A DNA stretch of 64,000 nucleotides from Acidobacteriota bacterium (GTDB lineage: Bacteria > Acidobacteriota > UBA6911), in the NCBI GenBank assembly GCA_963664705.1, contig OY761556.1, positions 2,720,001 through 2,784,000 of the forward strand, written 5' to 3'. Each line of letters begins with the position of its first letter. Position 1 is the first letter of the stretch. A program made the position numbers and the translations under genes. The notes below the pieces were generated by a model. The model worked only from the letters and a program-made list of their open reading frames with translations. It did no database searches and was not told the DNA's origin. This document shows positions 31,614 through 41,433 of this stretch, one piece after another.

Positions 31614-33548
31614 CTATTTTACATATGGCATGTAACTGATCGCGCCTGTCTGCGAATTCCGTGAATAATGCTTGGCGAAATTCCACATGATCCCTGCATA
31701 CTCCGGATAGAGCGCGTGGACCAAACCTTCCGTAATACTTAAAGCCATCATTGGAATGCCGTCGCCATTGTTTATGTACCAGGTGGTGTTGCTATATTCG
31801 TTATTGAGTTTGGAATTGTCAATGCGATCCGCCTGGAACCCCGCAATCGGATAAGCATTGAAATCAAAGGCATCGAACTTCTTCATACCATTGAATCCCA
31901 GGAATAAAGGGATTTGCGTCTTGAAGCTCGACCCGATGGTTCCCTTGTCCGGATCGAATGGGCCATTGAGATCATACGTGGAAGTCGTGAACATGATGGG
32001 CATTTGATATTTGGCCAATTGCGCCGCCTGCTCAGACGTTCCCGTATAGCCCATGCCCGCCATGGGAACGGCGGCCGCAAAAACGGACGGATCGCCGTTA
32101 ACAGCCTTGAAGGTTGCAAAGCCGCCCATCGAATATCCAGTAACATAGACCCGCGAGGGGTCCAGCGCCGGATAGGCTTTCAGTATATGTCTCACAAATT
32201 TTGGCAAGATATCGCACTCAATCCCTTCGACATATTTTGTCCCCTGCTGCGTCCAGAATATGTATTGATGTTCCGGCGCAATGACAGCAAAACGCTCGGA
32301 CCCGGCGAGCGAGAGCAATCCTATTTCATCAACAAATGATCGAGGATCATCACCGCTGCCATGCATAGCAAGCACCAAGGGGATGGTTCCCGCGGGAGCG
32401 GTCTTGGCCCAAACCTCTTCCGGAATATACTCAAACCAGGTTTGCAGGTATTCCCCATCTATCGTCTTGGTATCCTTAAATGTTTCTTCCGTCCGCCTTA
32501 TTAAATGAATGCCATCCTTTGTGATGCCGTTTATAACTGCGTTCCTGGCGCAAAGTGAATAGGGCGCTTGATCCAAACCACTATTTTGATAAGGAGTGGA
32601 CGCACTAAACAGGCCCGCCTTGAGAACCGGAACTCGCATGGCTTTGATGAACATATTGTAATAAGCATCCCGGATATACTTTCCTGAATCCACGTTCGCA
32701 CTCCGGGCGATTGAGACCTTTTTGAGCGGCAGCGCCTGATTAAACCATGTTTCCACCCCACCGGATGTTGTCCATGCGTTTACATCATTGGCCTTTTTAT
32801 ATTTCTCAATAATCGTATCCGCAGCGTTGACAAGGTACACAGGGACGAAAGCGGCGACCGGACGGATAGATTCCATTTTGCCATTGATGAGAAGCATGCC
32901 GGCAATGCGGCCGACATAATCCATGGTTCCGGCAACGTAGTTGTTGAGGAATGTGGCGCCGCCATCAATGCCAATCGCATATGTGTAGCCAAATCCGCCA
33001 AAGTATTCGGCGTCCGAGTAATAGGTTACATTCTTTCCGCTCCTTTCATTGGCTTTTTGAGCGAATATTGCCGTCTGCAGAGCGTAATAGGCGTGTTGAT
33101 CCCTGACTGTAAATCCGGCTTTGGAATCGGACGGAGTAACAAGGATGATGCTACCAATCGCTTGATTAATAATATCGATTAGCCCGAAATCCCTGAGGAA
33201 TTTGAATGCCGCATCCTTATCCGTGAAAGCCTTGTCCGCAAAAACCAGGATATCGGTATTGAGCCTGGCGGCGGCTCTGCCGCCAAATAAATTGGGAGAC
33301 CGGTAGACGTAGGTAGTTCCTTGCGGATAACCATCCAGAACCGGGTGAGATTTGAAGGTCTTTCCCTGGTTGGTTTCCAGCTCCGCAACGGCCGCTGGTC
33401 CGGTTACGCGGGTTTCTTCCAAAGTCTCGAAGGTAGCAGGGTTTCGTTGGCAGCCGGAGTAGTCCAGCGCAAACGCACTGAAGGCAAAAGCCATGTTCAA
33501 CATGAACAATAGGACAATCATCGGATTGATTCTTCTTGTTTCATTCAT
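31614..33548 (-). CDS. Large secreted esterase-domain protein (paralog of 21706-23640)
   Basis: TFETLEETR, GGRAAARLNT, GYSMGG, HALYPEYA shared with the paralog. Confidence 0.85.
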   Translation of the reverse strand: MNETRRINPMIVLLFMLNMAFAFSAFALDYSGCQRNPATFETLEETRVTGPAAVAELETNQGKTFKSHPVLDGYPQGTTYVYRSPNLFGGRAAARLNTDILVFADKAFTDKDAAFKFLRDFGLIDIINQAIGSIILVTPSDSKAGFTVRDQHAYYALQTAIFAQKANERSGKNVTYYSDAEYFGGFGYTYAIGIDGGATFLNNYVAGTMDYVGRIAGMLLINGKMESIRPVAAFVPVYLVNAADTIIEKYKKANDVNAWTTSGGVETWFNQALPLKKVSIARSANVDSGKYIRDAYYNMFIKAMRVPVLKAGLFSASTPYQNSGLDQAPYSLCARNAVINGITKDGIHLIRRTEETFKDTKTIDGEYLQTWFEYIPEEVWAKTAPAGTIPLVLAMHGSGDDPRSFVDEIGLLSLAGSERFAVIAPEHQYIFWTQQGTKYVEGIECDILPKFVRHILKAYPALDPSRVYVTGYSMGGFATFKAVNGDPSVFAAAVPMAGMGYTGTSEQAAQLAKYQMPIMFTTSTYDLNGPFDPDKGTIGSSFKTQIPLFLGFNGMKKFDAFDFNAYPIAGFQADRIDNSKLNNEYSNTTWYINNGDGIPMMALSITEGLVHALYPEYAGIMWNFAKHYSRNSQTGAISYMPYVK

Positions 33549-33589
33549 CGGACATTCCAACCCCACAGAACTCGCGTTTACTTATTCAA

Positions 33590-33892
33590 CTAAACCGTAT
33601 CGCGCATAATCTTGCCGGTTGATTTGTCTTTCCAGGAACCCCGTTGCTGCAGCGGCCAGTTGAATGAAATGGCTCCGGGAAATCTGCAATCCATGGCACA
33701 GCAGCCGCAGTACCAGCATTCATCGGGATGCAAAACGATTGGAGGATTGCCCTTTTCGGGATTGGGAATAAAGACATCCACCTGGCAGACATTGACGCAG
33801 GTATTGCATCCGGTACAGAATTCGGGATTGAAAATTACCGGCGAATTCGGTGTTGTGATATTTGGCAAAGCGCTAATTTTGACTTGAGCCAT
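33590..33892 (-). CDS. AprB-like 2[4Fe-4S] ferredoxin (no leader)
   Basis: CTGCNTCVNVC, HPDECWYCGCCAMDC, FNWPLQQR. Confidence 0.9.
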   Translation of the reverse strand: MAQVKISALPNITTPNSPVIFNPEFCTGCNTCVNVCQVDVFIPNPEKGNPPIVLHPDECWYCGCCAMDCRFPGAISFNWPLQQRGSWKDKSTGKIMRDTV

Positions 33893-33893
33893 C

Positions 33894-35825
33894 CTATTTC
33901 CCCTTATAGACTCCGGTGTAATTTTTATTGTGAGCTTCGTAATTGGCCTTCATATCGCCCCAGAACCCCAGGGGCAATTCACCGGATACGACCGCGTCAT
34001 TTACCAGTTTTATGGTTAGATATTTGTTCCATTCCGGCGGATCCGTTTCCGGATGGTCTATTCGATGGAAATTAAGAGGCACGCTGCTGGCCTTCCGTGC
34101 AAGAGAAGCATGTAAGACAATCTGCGCGTGCGTCAACATGCTTAGATCCTCAATGCTCCGCATTAACTTATGCGGATCCAGCGCATACAATCTGGGGACA
34201 AACGTTTCCTCGATTTCCTTTAGTGTGTCCAATCCCAGTCGGAGCAGGCTTTCGGTTTTGAATTCGCTGCAGTAATACTGCATGGTTCTGGCGATTCCAG
34301 CATTGAGTTCCTTCCACTCCATGCCACTCGTACGCTTAACGGGAGCATAAATGCGCATTTTTTCCGCAGTGATTTGATCCTTGGACGGCTGCAGTAGATC
34401 CACCTGCCCGGAATAGTCCGCCGCCTTGCGTCCCGCGTACCTGCCGGTGGAAGCGGCAAAGCTGTGATCGCCGGGCGAAAAAAGCTGTTCTCCTGCAACA
34501 TAAAGACCATCGAGGGTCGACTTGAGGTTCCAATCCACGACTGGGCCGCCGCCTCTCGCGGTGCGCCACTGGGAATGGGTTTCCCCCTCAATGAAAGCAT
34601 AGCTTTGGAGCAGATGCCTTTGAGGGTCGAAGCCGGCCCGTTCGTAGGTGCCGGTGATGATTTTCGTTGTGGATTCTTCTCCCAGCATGAGATTCCATGT
34701 GGCTTTGCGTTCGGCATCGGACATAGCCGGGAAATCGCCATAGAATGGAAGAGCCCATTCACCCTTAAAAATTCCTTTGCGGATAGATTCGCGCATGTCC
34801 GGCGAGGGCATCATAGCCCCGCCGTCCTGCCATCCTTGAGTAGGCCAGGGCAGTTTCTTGCCGTTGGCATCGACAAGCTGCATATTTTCATAGCTGGCAT
34901 CCCCTGCCCCGCCATACCAATTGTGCTTATATCCGGTGCCCAGCATTAACGGAATCGTATATTCCATCGACACAAGTTCTGCGCCGGCTTTCCATGCCAT
35001 TGCCACCCCATCTCCCGTGGCACACCGTGAGCGGAATTGTCTGCAGCCGGCATGTTCCGTATTCAACATCCACATGTAGTAATCACCGGCCATTGAGAGC
35101 ACTGTCGCCTTCGATCTGAAAATCATGAAAGCTCCGGTGCGGTTGTTAAACCCTGTTGCCCCGATTACTCGCGCCCCCCGAACCCCTCCTTCGGTCAAAA
35201 GGCTGGTGGCCATCACCCGGTCGAAGATCCGAACACCCAACCGCTGACATTCCTTTTTCAAAGCGGGTTTGAAGGTTGTTCCCCAGACACGTAAAACAAC
35301 CTCGGTTTGATGATCCGGACTGGTGCGGGGAGAAAACATGAACTTGGTGTCATCATACCGGCCCTTGACTCCAATATATTCATCATGGATATCGCGGATT
35401 TGCCCGCCCATCTGCTCCAATTCGAGAAGCGTATCGTAATTTTCCCGGCAAGTAATCTGAGAGCCGATGCCGTTTCCGTAGGACAGCTTGGGAGCGCCTT
35501 TCGGAAGCGCCGTTAATGCACCCGGATTTTGCGCCATTACCTTGGCCCACTCATCAGGATCTACTTTGGAGTGTGGATTTGCAGGACATTGACACCAATG
35601 ATCGCAACCTGGCCCACCGGCGCCGCTTCTGACGGTGTCGCCTTTCTCCACCAGCGCAACACGAATTCCCTTCCTGGCAGCACTTATTGCAGCCCAGCAG
35701 CCGGCAATGCCTCCGCCCAGAATCAGAACATCTGTATCAATCTCATGCTCCTCTTCGTAATCCACGGTGTAGGGCCAAGCCGGCGGATTGCCCTGTTTGA
35801 GATAATAATCGTGCCATTTTGTCAT
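33894..35825 (-). CDS. AprA-like FAD-dependent oxidoreductase (paralog 2)
   Basis: GGGIAG, RSGAGGPGCDHW, TGDG, LDGLYVAGE, ARKASS; GGAGG RBS. Confidence 0.9.
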   Translation of the reverse strand: MTKWHDYYLKQGNPPAWPYTVDYEEEHEIDTDVLILGGGIAGCWAAISAARKGIRVALVEKGDTVRSGAGGPGCDHWCQCPANPHSKVDPDEWAKVMAQNPGALTALPKGAPKLSYGNGIGSQITCRENYDTLLELEQMGGQIRDIHDEYIGVKGRYDDTKFMFSPRTSPDHQTEVVLRVWGTTFKPALKKECQRLGVRIFDRVMATSLLTEGGVRGARVIGATGFNNRTGAFMIFRSKATVLSMAGDYYMWMLNTEHAGCRQFRSRCATGDGVAMAWKAGAELVSMEYTIPLMLGTGYKHNWYGGAGDASYENMQLVDANGKKLPWPTQGWQDGGAMMPSPDMRESIRKGIFKGEWALPFYGDFPAMSDAERKATWNLMLGEESTTKIITGTYERAGFDPQRHLLQSYAFIEGETHSQWRTARGGGPVVDWNLKSTLDGLYVAGEQLFSPGDHSFAASTGRYAGRKAADYSGQVDLLQPSKDQITAEKMRIYAPVKRTSGMEWKELNAGIARTMQYYCSEFKTESLLRLGLDTLKEIEETFVPRLYALDPHKLMRSIEDLSMLTHAQIVLHASLARKASSVPLNFHRIDHPETDPPEWNKYLTIKLVNDAVVSGELPLGFWGDMKANYEAHNKNYTGVYKGK

Positions 35826-35845
35826 GAAGTTCCTCCGGGGGAATT

Positions 35846-35881
35846 GGCGAAGGCTTTGGAGTGCACGAGCTAGTTTGGCGC
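35846..35881. repeat. Partial REP family A copy
   Basis: GGCGAAGGCTTTGGAGTGC resembles the reverse complement of the family A end. Confidence 0.5.
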
Positions 35882-36143
35882 ATGTTCAAGCGGCAGCCAG
35901 CTGTCCTGCTCCATATTGCCTTCGGTGAAGAATGATCGCTTGTTGCTTGGCTGGAATCCGCACTCCTAATCGACACCAGGCAAAGTACCCATCGAGCGCT
36001 TTCAGCCCGCTCATTCACAAGTAACTCATTTTCGAGCTCCCGAATGAGTGGTACTGAGGGCAGTCCTTCCTGTGCTGCAAAATAACGTAAGCTTTACAGG
36101 CCAACCCTTACTATCGGCGCTGCTCGTGGCTTGTCAAGCATAT

Positions 36144-36161
36144 TGTCACCAATATGTGACA
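36144..36161. promoter_or_regulatory. Operator copy 5, next to a minus-strand TTGACA (36132-36137)
   Basis: TGTCACCAATATGTGACA; same 5-bp gap to TTGTCAAG as copies 1 and 3. Confidence 0.85.
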
Positions 36162-36254
36162 TATATTGTGTTAGGGTGGTGCTTCACACGCGCCATCGAT
36201 GCACCGGCATCCGATGATATCCGGGAATTTGAGAACACGTTCTGGCGAGTGCGA

Positions 36255-36283
36255 CTGACCCGAAATTGAGTCATATGTATAAT
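36255..36283 (+). promoter_or_regulatory. Sigma-70-like promoter for the methyltransferase gene
   Basis: CTGACC-17 bp-TATAAT, ending 30 bp before the ATG. Confidence 0.6.
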
Positions 36284-36312
36284 ATTCAAAACAAAGCAGC
36301 AAAGGATGTGAA

Positions 36313-37404
36313 ATGAATATCCGGAAATTTGACCCGACGGAACTTGAAATTGTAGGAACTCTCGAGACATTCGCGTGCAAAATTTTTGGGTTGCCGGCAT
36401 CACCCATCTACAGGTTTCCGGTTTCAATGAAGGAAGCTGTAAAAGCTTTGTACCGGCGCAAACCGATCTGGCAAATCTCAGATATCGAAACCATGATGTT
36501 CGCACCCCGCATTTATCCGGACAATGTAGCCAGGGCCCTGGTCTCCGAAGCAGATGCCATGCCTCCGGAAGAGGGCGGCGGCCCCGACATTTTCGGAATT
36601 GAGTGGGAATATATCCCCGTTGCCGGCGGATCGATGGTGCGTCCCGGCAAACCGCTTCTCGGAGATGCCAATGAATGGAAGGATAAAATCGTCTGGCCCG
36701 ATATCGACCGCTGGGATTGGGAAGGCAGTGCGAGGAAAAATGCCGCATTCCTGAACAATGACAGATATAACACGTGCTGGATTCAAAACGGGTGGTTCGA
36801 GCGTCTAATCACTTTCATGGATTTTGAGGGCGCGATTCTTGCAATCGTTGATGAGGAACAAAAAGAAGCGGTCCGGGAGCTTTTCGATAAACTGTCCGAT
36901 CTGTATATACGGTTGGCAGACAAGTTTCTCCTGCATTTCCCCGGTATCGACGGTTTTTTAATCCATGACGACTGGGGCTCCCAAAAGGAGACATTCTTCT
37001 CGCCGTCGGTCGTTGAGGAAATGATCGTTCCTCATATGAAAAGAGTTACGGACTTCATACATTCAAAGGGCAGGTTTTGCGAATTGCACAGCTGCGGGCA
37101 AATCATGAAACAGGTCCCGAACATGATTAAAGCCGGTTGGGATTGCTGGGCCGGTCAACCTATGAATGATTTTGGGAAAATATACGAACTTTATGGCAAT
37201 CAAATTACTCTTGCAATCACCCCCGAACTATTCGATGCGAAAGCAACTTCCGAACAGGAGCAGCGAGTCCTGGCCAGAGAATATGCTAACGCGTTCTGCA
37301 ATCCGGACAAGCCGACTTACATGAGCATCGCGGCGGCGTCGGTTCTGACTCCCGCGTATCGCGAGGAGCTGTACAGGCAGTCCAGACTCAATTACGGCCG
37401 GTAA
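36313..37404 (+). CDS. UroD/MtaA-family protein, probably corrinoid-dependent methyltransferase (O-demethylase MT-I-like)
   Basis: DIFGIEW, GWFERL, HDDWGSQ, ELHSCG Zn motif, QPMND. Confidence 0.8.
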   Translation: MNIRKFDPTELEIVGTLETFACKIFGLPASPIYRFPVSMKEAVKALYRRKPIWQISDIETMMFAPRIYPDNVARALVSEADAMPPEEGGGPDIFGIEWEYIPVAGGSMVRPGKPLLGDANEWKDKIVWPDIDRWDWEGSARKNAAFLNNDRYNTCWIQNGWFERLITFMDFEGAILAIVDEEQKEAVRELFDKLSDLYIRLADKFLLHFPGIDGFLIHDDWGSQKETFFSPSVVEEMIVPHMKRVTDFIHSKGRFCELHSCGQIMKQVPNMIKAGWDCWAGQPMNDFGKIYELYGNQITLAITPELFDAKATSEQEQRVLAREYANAFCNPDKPTYMSIAAASVLTPAYREELYRQSRLNYGR

Positions 37405-37478
37405 AGATATCTGTGCGAGCACAGATTTTCGGCTGTGTAATCTCGGACAATGAGGAGAATCTGATCAGGAGTCCTGCA

Positions 37479-38444
37479 ATGAAACTAATTTGGAAGACAA
37501 TAGCAAAGATCGGACTGCCAGCTTCCTTGTGTCTGGTGCTAAATCTGGCACCGGCACAGGATGGCGGAGCTGCGCAATCCGCCCCCAACGCCGGCCCAAG
37601 TACCACAGCGGGCCAGCAACGACGCATCGGGATGGATCCGGTTGACGATCGCGTGCAATTGCGCGAGTATCACTTCAAGGATACGGACGAAACTCTTCCC
37701 TACGCTGTATTTGTATCTACGAAAATCACCAAGGACAGAAAAGCCCCCCTGGTCCTGGCGCTGCATGGCTTCAGCGGAAACCATGGCACCTTTATGCGCA
37801 CCCAGTGCGTGGATGAAGCGGAAAAGAACGGATACATTCTCGTCGGCGCCATGGGCTATAGCCCGAGCGGCTCGTTCGGTATGCCAATGGGTAGTCGCGG
37901 CGGCCCCGGCAGCAGGGGCGGGCCGCCGGGACGCGCAGGCGCACCGGGCCAAGCAGATGGACCACCCGCACGAGGCATGTTTATGGGGATGAGAGGCGGA
38001 CCAGGCGGAACCAAAGAGACCGACCCGGCCAAGGTGACAGAACTCAGTGAGAAGGATGCGATGTATGTTCTGGAAATGGCCCGCAAGGAATTCAACGTTG
38101 ATGACAACCGCATTTATCTGATGGGGCATTCACTGGGCGGCGGCGGCGCGCTGCATATGGGAGAGAAATACTCAACAATTTGGGCTGCGGTTGCCGGATT
38201 GGCTCCCGCCGCCTTCGGCTTCCAGTGGAGTGCGGATCAGAAGCTGAAGAACGTTCCGCTGTTGATCATTGTGGGCGACAAAGACACCCTGGTTACCGGA
38301 TCGCAACAACTGGCCGATCAGCTCAAAGGAATGAGCTTTCGGGTCGAATACCAATCGCTTCCCGGACTGGATCACGGCGGAATCATTGGCGGCAGCATGC
38401 CGGACGTGTTCAAATTCTTCAACGAACACGCCAGATCGAAATAG
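37479..38444 (+). CDS. Secreted alpha/beta-hydrolase (paralog of 17142-17999)
   Basis: PLVLALHG, GHSLGG, GDKD, LDHG; Gly/Pro/Arg-rich insert. Confidence 0.88.
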   Translation: MKLIWKTIAKIGLPASLCLVLNLAPAQDGGAAQSAPNAGPSTTAGQQRRIGMDPVDDRVQLREYHFKDTDETLPYAVFVSTKITKDRKAPLVLALHGFSGNHGTFMRTQCVDEAEKNGYILVGAMGYSPSGSFGMPMGSRGGPGSRGGPPGRAGAPGQADGPPARGMFMGMRGGPGGTKETDPAKVTELSEKDAMYVLEMARKEFNVDDNRIYLMGHSLGGGGALHMGEKYSTIWAAVAGLAPAAFGFQWSADQKLKNVPLLIIVGDKDTLVTGSQQLADQLKGMSFRVEYQSLPGLDHGGIIGGSMPDVFKFFNEHARSK

Positions 38445-38453
38445 CGAGCAAAC

Positions 38454-38489
38454 ACCGATGCCTGCGCAGGCGCCTGCACAGGCATCGGT
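38454..38489. terminator. GC-rich hairpin
   Basis: ACCGATGCCTG-GCAGG / CCTGC-CAGGCATCGGT just after the stop codon. Confidence 0.55.
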
Positions 38490-38543
38490 CGCAAAGAGGA
38501 CATACGGTCCTGAATCGGCAGCACGTTCTACGTGGAGTTACCT

Positions 38544-39362
38544 ATGAATTATCATGAGGGCCAGGTCATAATCGATGGGGTCAGAATCCACTATTATCGT
38601 TCCGGCGGGAAGAAGCAAGCCATTGTGCTGCTGCACGGCGCTACAGACAACGGCCTGTGCTGGGGACGCACGGCGCAGGAGCTTGCAGAACGATATGATG
38701 TCATCATGCCGGATGCGCAGGGACACGGGCTTTCCGATAGATTAGGCCCGGATTTTTGTTTCGAGCATCATACAAAGCAGGCCGCCGGCCTGATCAAAGA
38801 ACTGGATCTGCAAAATCCCATCATCATCGGTCACTCCATGGGCGCAGGAACAACGTGCAATATAGCAATGGAATATCCCTCGCTGCCTAAAGCAATCATC
38901 CTTGAAGACCCAGCCTGGGGATTGTTTCCGCCAAAACCTGAACATGCGGAAGAGGTCAGGAAAAATCACGAGGAAATACGGGCCTATCAGACAGAGGTGG
39001 CCGAGTTGCCGATAGAAGATATCAAAGCCAGATGCCGAAAGGATAACCCGTCCTGGCCGGAAGATGAAGTGATCACCTGGGCAAACTCTAGAAAAATGTG
39101 GGATAAAGCCCTGTTGGACCGAATTGGGGTTCCATCACGCCCCTATGAAGAGATCGTCGCCAAAATTTCGTGCCCCACTCTATTGGTCATCGCAGAAAAG
39201 GGCATTGTATCCAGAGAAACGGCAGAAAACGCGGCCAGGCTTTGGAAATCCCAGGCTCCGTTCCAATGGGTATATATCAAAGGAGCGGGACACAGTATAC
39301 GCCGGGAGCAATACGCCGCCTTCAAGGAGGCTCTCTATGGCTGGCTGGATACACTGAAGTAG
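38544..39362 (+). CDS. Alpha/beta hydrolase (paralog of 1374-2192)
   Basis: GLCWGRTA, GHSMG, GAGHSIRREQY identical to the paralog. Confidence 0.9.
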   Translation: MNYHEGQVIIDGVRIHYYRSGGKKQAIVLLHGATDNGLCWGRTAQELAERYDVIMPDAQGHGLSDRLGPDFCFEHHTKQAAGLIKELDLQNPIIIGHSMGAGTTCNIAMEYPSLPKAIILEDPAWGLFPPKPEHAEEVRKNHEEIRAYQTEVAELPIEDIKARCRKDNPSWPEDEVITWANSRKMWDKALLDRIGVPSRPYEEIVAKISCPTLLVIAEKGIVSRETAENAARLWKSQAPFQWVYIKGAGHSIRREQYAAFKEALYGWLDTLK

Positions 39363-39535
39363 CCTGCCCAAAGACATTGCCCTGCAAACCGGAGCAAAGA
39401 TGTATCGGCGGAATTCCCTGCCGTGGCTCCACAATCATCCCTGCCAGTTCCTAACCCGCGATCAAGACATGATTGTCTTGGCTGGAATCTCAAAACACCA
39501 ATCGCGCAGGAAAACTTTCAGTATTCCTCTAAATT

Positions 39536-39563
39536 TGTAAACCTTGTTTCGCAAAATTCGTCC
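39536..39563 (+). promoter_or_regulatory. ECF-type promoter, probably autoregulatory
   Basis: TAAAC-16 bp-CGTC upstream of the ECF sigma gene. Confidence 0.55.
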
Positions 39564-39595
39564 AATACAAATAGAAAGGACGAATTCGATCCTCA

Positions 39596-40159
39596 ATGAA
39601 CAGAACCAGAGCGGCCGCTGCCAGCGAAGATCCATGCCTTACCGGGCAAGATGATTTTGATCAAATTGTTATTCAAAATCAGAAACGGATTTTCCGGACG
39701 CTGCTATTTCTGGTGCGGGACTCGGATGCGGCTGAAAACCTGACTCAGGAGTGCTTCCTTCGGGCTTTCCGGACGCTGAACGAGTTCAGGGGTGAATCCG
39801 GGCTGACTACCTGGCTGGTTCGCATCGCCATTAACCTGGCACACGACCATAACAGGAGCAGGAGATGGGCATTCTGGCGCAGGCTTTCACACATGGATGC
39901 GATAGAAACCGCCAGTCTAATGGCTACCGGACGATCGCCCGAACAGGCAGTGATTGACGGCCAGTCATTGAATGCAGTCTGGACTGCAGTTGGCAAGCTT
40001 CCGGATCGGCAAAGGACTGTATTCCTGCTGCGCTTTGTTGAAGAGATGCCGCTGGAGGAGATCGGTGAGGTGATGGAACTCAGGCTTGGAACGGTTAAGA
40101 GTCATTTGCACCGAGCAATCGAGGCGGTTCGCGTTGCCTGCGCGCCGACAGCGGGTTGA
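39596..40159 (+). CDS. ECF RNA polymerase sigma factor
   Basis: AENLTQECFLRAF, FRGES..TWLVRIAIN, LPDRQRTVFLL, GTVKSHLHRA. Confidence 0.95.
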   Translation: MNRTRAAAASEDPCLTGQDDFDQIVIQNQKRIFRTLLFLVRDSDAAENLTQECFLRAFRTLNEFRGESGLTTWLVRIAINLAHDHNRSRRWAFWRRLSHMDAIETASLMATGRSPEQAVIDGQSLNAVWTAVGKLPDRQRTVFLLRFVEEMPLEEIGEVMELRLGTVKSHLHRAIEAVRVACAPTAG

Positions 40160-40270
40160 AAGCTCAATACCATGCATCTCTGGAGCAAGGAAATGAGAGA
40201 AAGCAAACAAAAAAAAAGGAATCTCCCTTTTCAAACCCCTGCGAAAATCGACCGGGAACGGAATTTTGGA

Positions 40271-40624
40271 ATGCCAGAAAATCAAATCGAAATTCTCAGG
40301 GAAGCGCTCCACCAATCAGCCCAAAGGCCGGATTTTTTCTGGAAACGGCAACGCAGCGAGATTATGGCGCGCTTGAAGGAACCGGTCCTCGTTCCCAAAA
40401 GACAACCGGCAAGCCTATGGGTCCCCGTGGCTCTGGGAGTGGTTCTTTGTATCTTCTTTTTCGTCCAAAGCAGCAAGGCGCCCACTCCGGATTTTGCTGC
40501 CGGATCGGATCAGGAGCTGCTGATCGGAATTGAGCGAGCTCTAAGCCGTGATTATCCGGAAGCCTTCGACCCGGCTGTGGTCCTCAATGCTGACAAGAAA
40601 AAAGAAAGACAATCTGGACAATAG
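40271..40624 (+). CDS. Putative single-TM anti-sigma/accessory protein
   Basis: Follows the sigma gene; FWKRQR, one TM helix, DQELL..IE. Confidence 0.7.
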   Translation: MPENQIEILREALHQSAQRPDFFWKRQRSEIMARLKEPVLVPKRQPASLWVPVALGVVLCIFFFVQSSKAPTPDFAAGSDQELLIGIERALSRDYPEAFDPAVVLNADKKKERQSGQ

Positions 40625-40662
40625 CGACATTAAAACACCGGTAATACCAAACGGAGCTAGCC

Positions 40663-41433
40663 ATGAGTATGCGTTTTACATTCATTCAACTCTGTATTGT
40701 GTCTTCCCTGCTGATGGCGTCTTCTGCATTCGCTGCGGCTTTGACGCCGGCCCAACCGGAATTAGGAAAGTGGTGGAAAAATTCCGGGACGGTCAAGCAT
40801 TTGCAGCTTTCGGAATCTCAGGTGGATCAGATCGAACAGACATTTCTTCGCCACAGGCCCGCGCTGGCCAACCTTTTGGCAGATCTGCAAAAACGCGAGT
40901 TGGAGCTGAAAACGCTTCTGAAAGCGGATCCTCTCGATGAATCCAAAGTTATGTCTCAAACTGACATTGTTGCAGAATCACGAACTGCGCTTGAGAAGGC
41001 AAATTCCGCAATGATGCTGGACATTCGACGGAATCTCACCAAGGAACAGTGGCAAAAGCTGCAGGTCATGCATGATTTGCGGGAGTCCGGATCCACATTC
41101 CTTCCCCTCAACCCGGGAGAACCTCCACCAGGAGAAAGACTTTATCGCATCGGCGAACAAGGGGTCGCCGCGCCAAAGGCTGTTTATCGGCCTATGCCCC
41201 AATACACGCCGCAAGCGAGAGAAGCAAAGGTTCAGGGCACGTTGCTTATGCAGGGTATCATTCGCAAAAACGGACATGTTGATGGCCTGAAAGTGCTAAG
41301 ACCGCTCGGGTTTGGACTGGATGAGCGCGCGCTGGATACAGTCGGCAAGGAATGGAGGTTTGAGCCCGGAACGCTTCAAGGTCAGCCCGTGGATATTGAG
41401 GCAAACTTCGAAATCTCCTTCCGCCTGTTTTAA
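40663..41433 (+). CDS. Spy/CpxP/ZraP-like periplasmic domain fused to a TonB C-terminal domain
   Basis: Signal peptide, GKWWKN, LQLSESQ, LTKEQWQKL; then P.YT.QAREAKVQG...LGFGLDE.A...WRFEPG. Confidence 0.85.
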   Translation: MSMRFTFIQLCIVSSLLMASSAFAAALTPAQPELGKWWKNSGTVKHLQLSESQVDQIEQTFLRHRPALANLLADLQKRELELKTLLKADPLDESKVMSQTDIVAESRTALEKANSAMMLDIRRNLTKEQWQKLQVMHDLRESGSTFLPLNPGEPPPGERLYRIGEQGVAAPKAVYRPMPQYTPQAREAKVQGTLLMQGIIRKNGHVDGLKVLRPLGFGLDERALDTVGKEWRFEPGTLQGQPVDIEANFEISFRLF

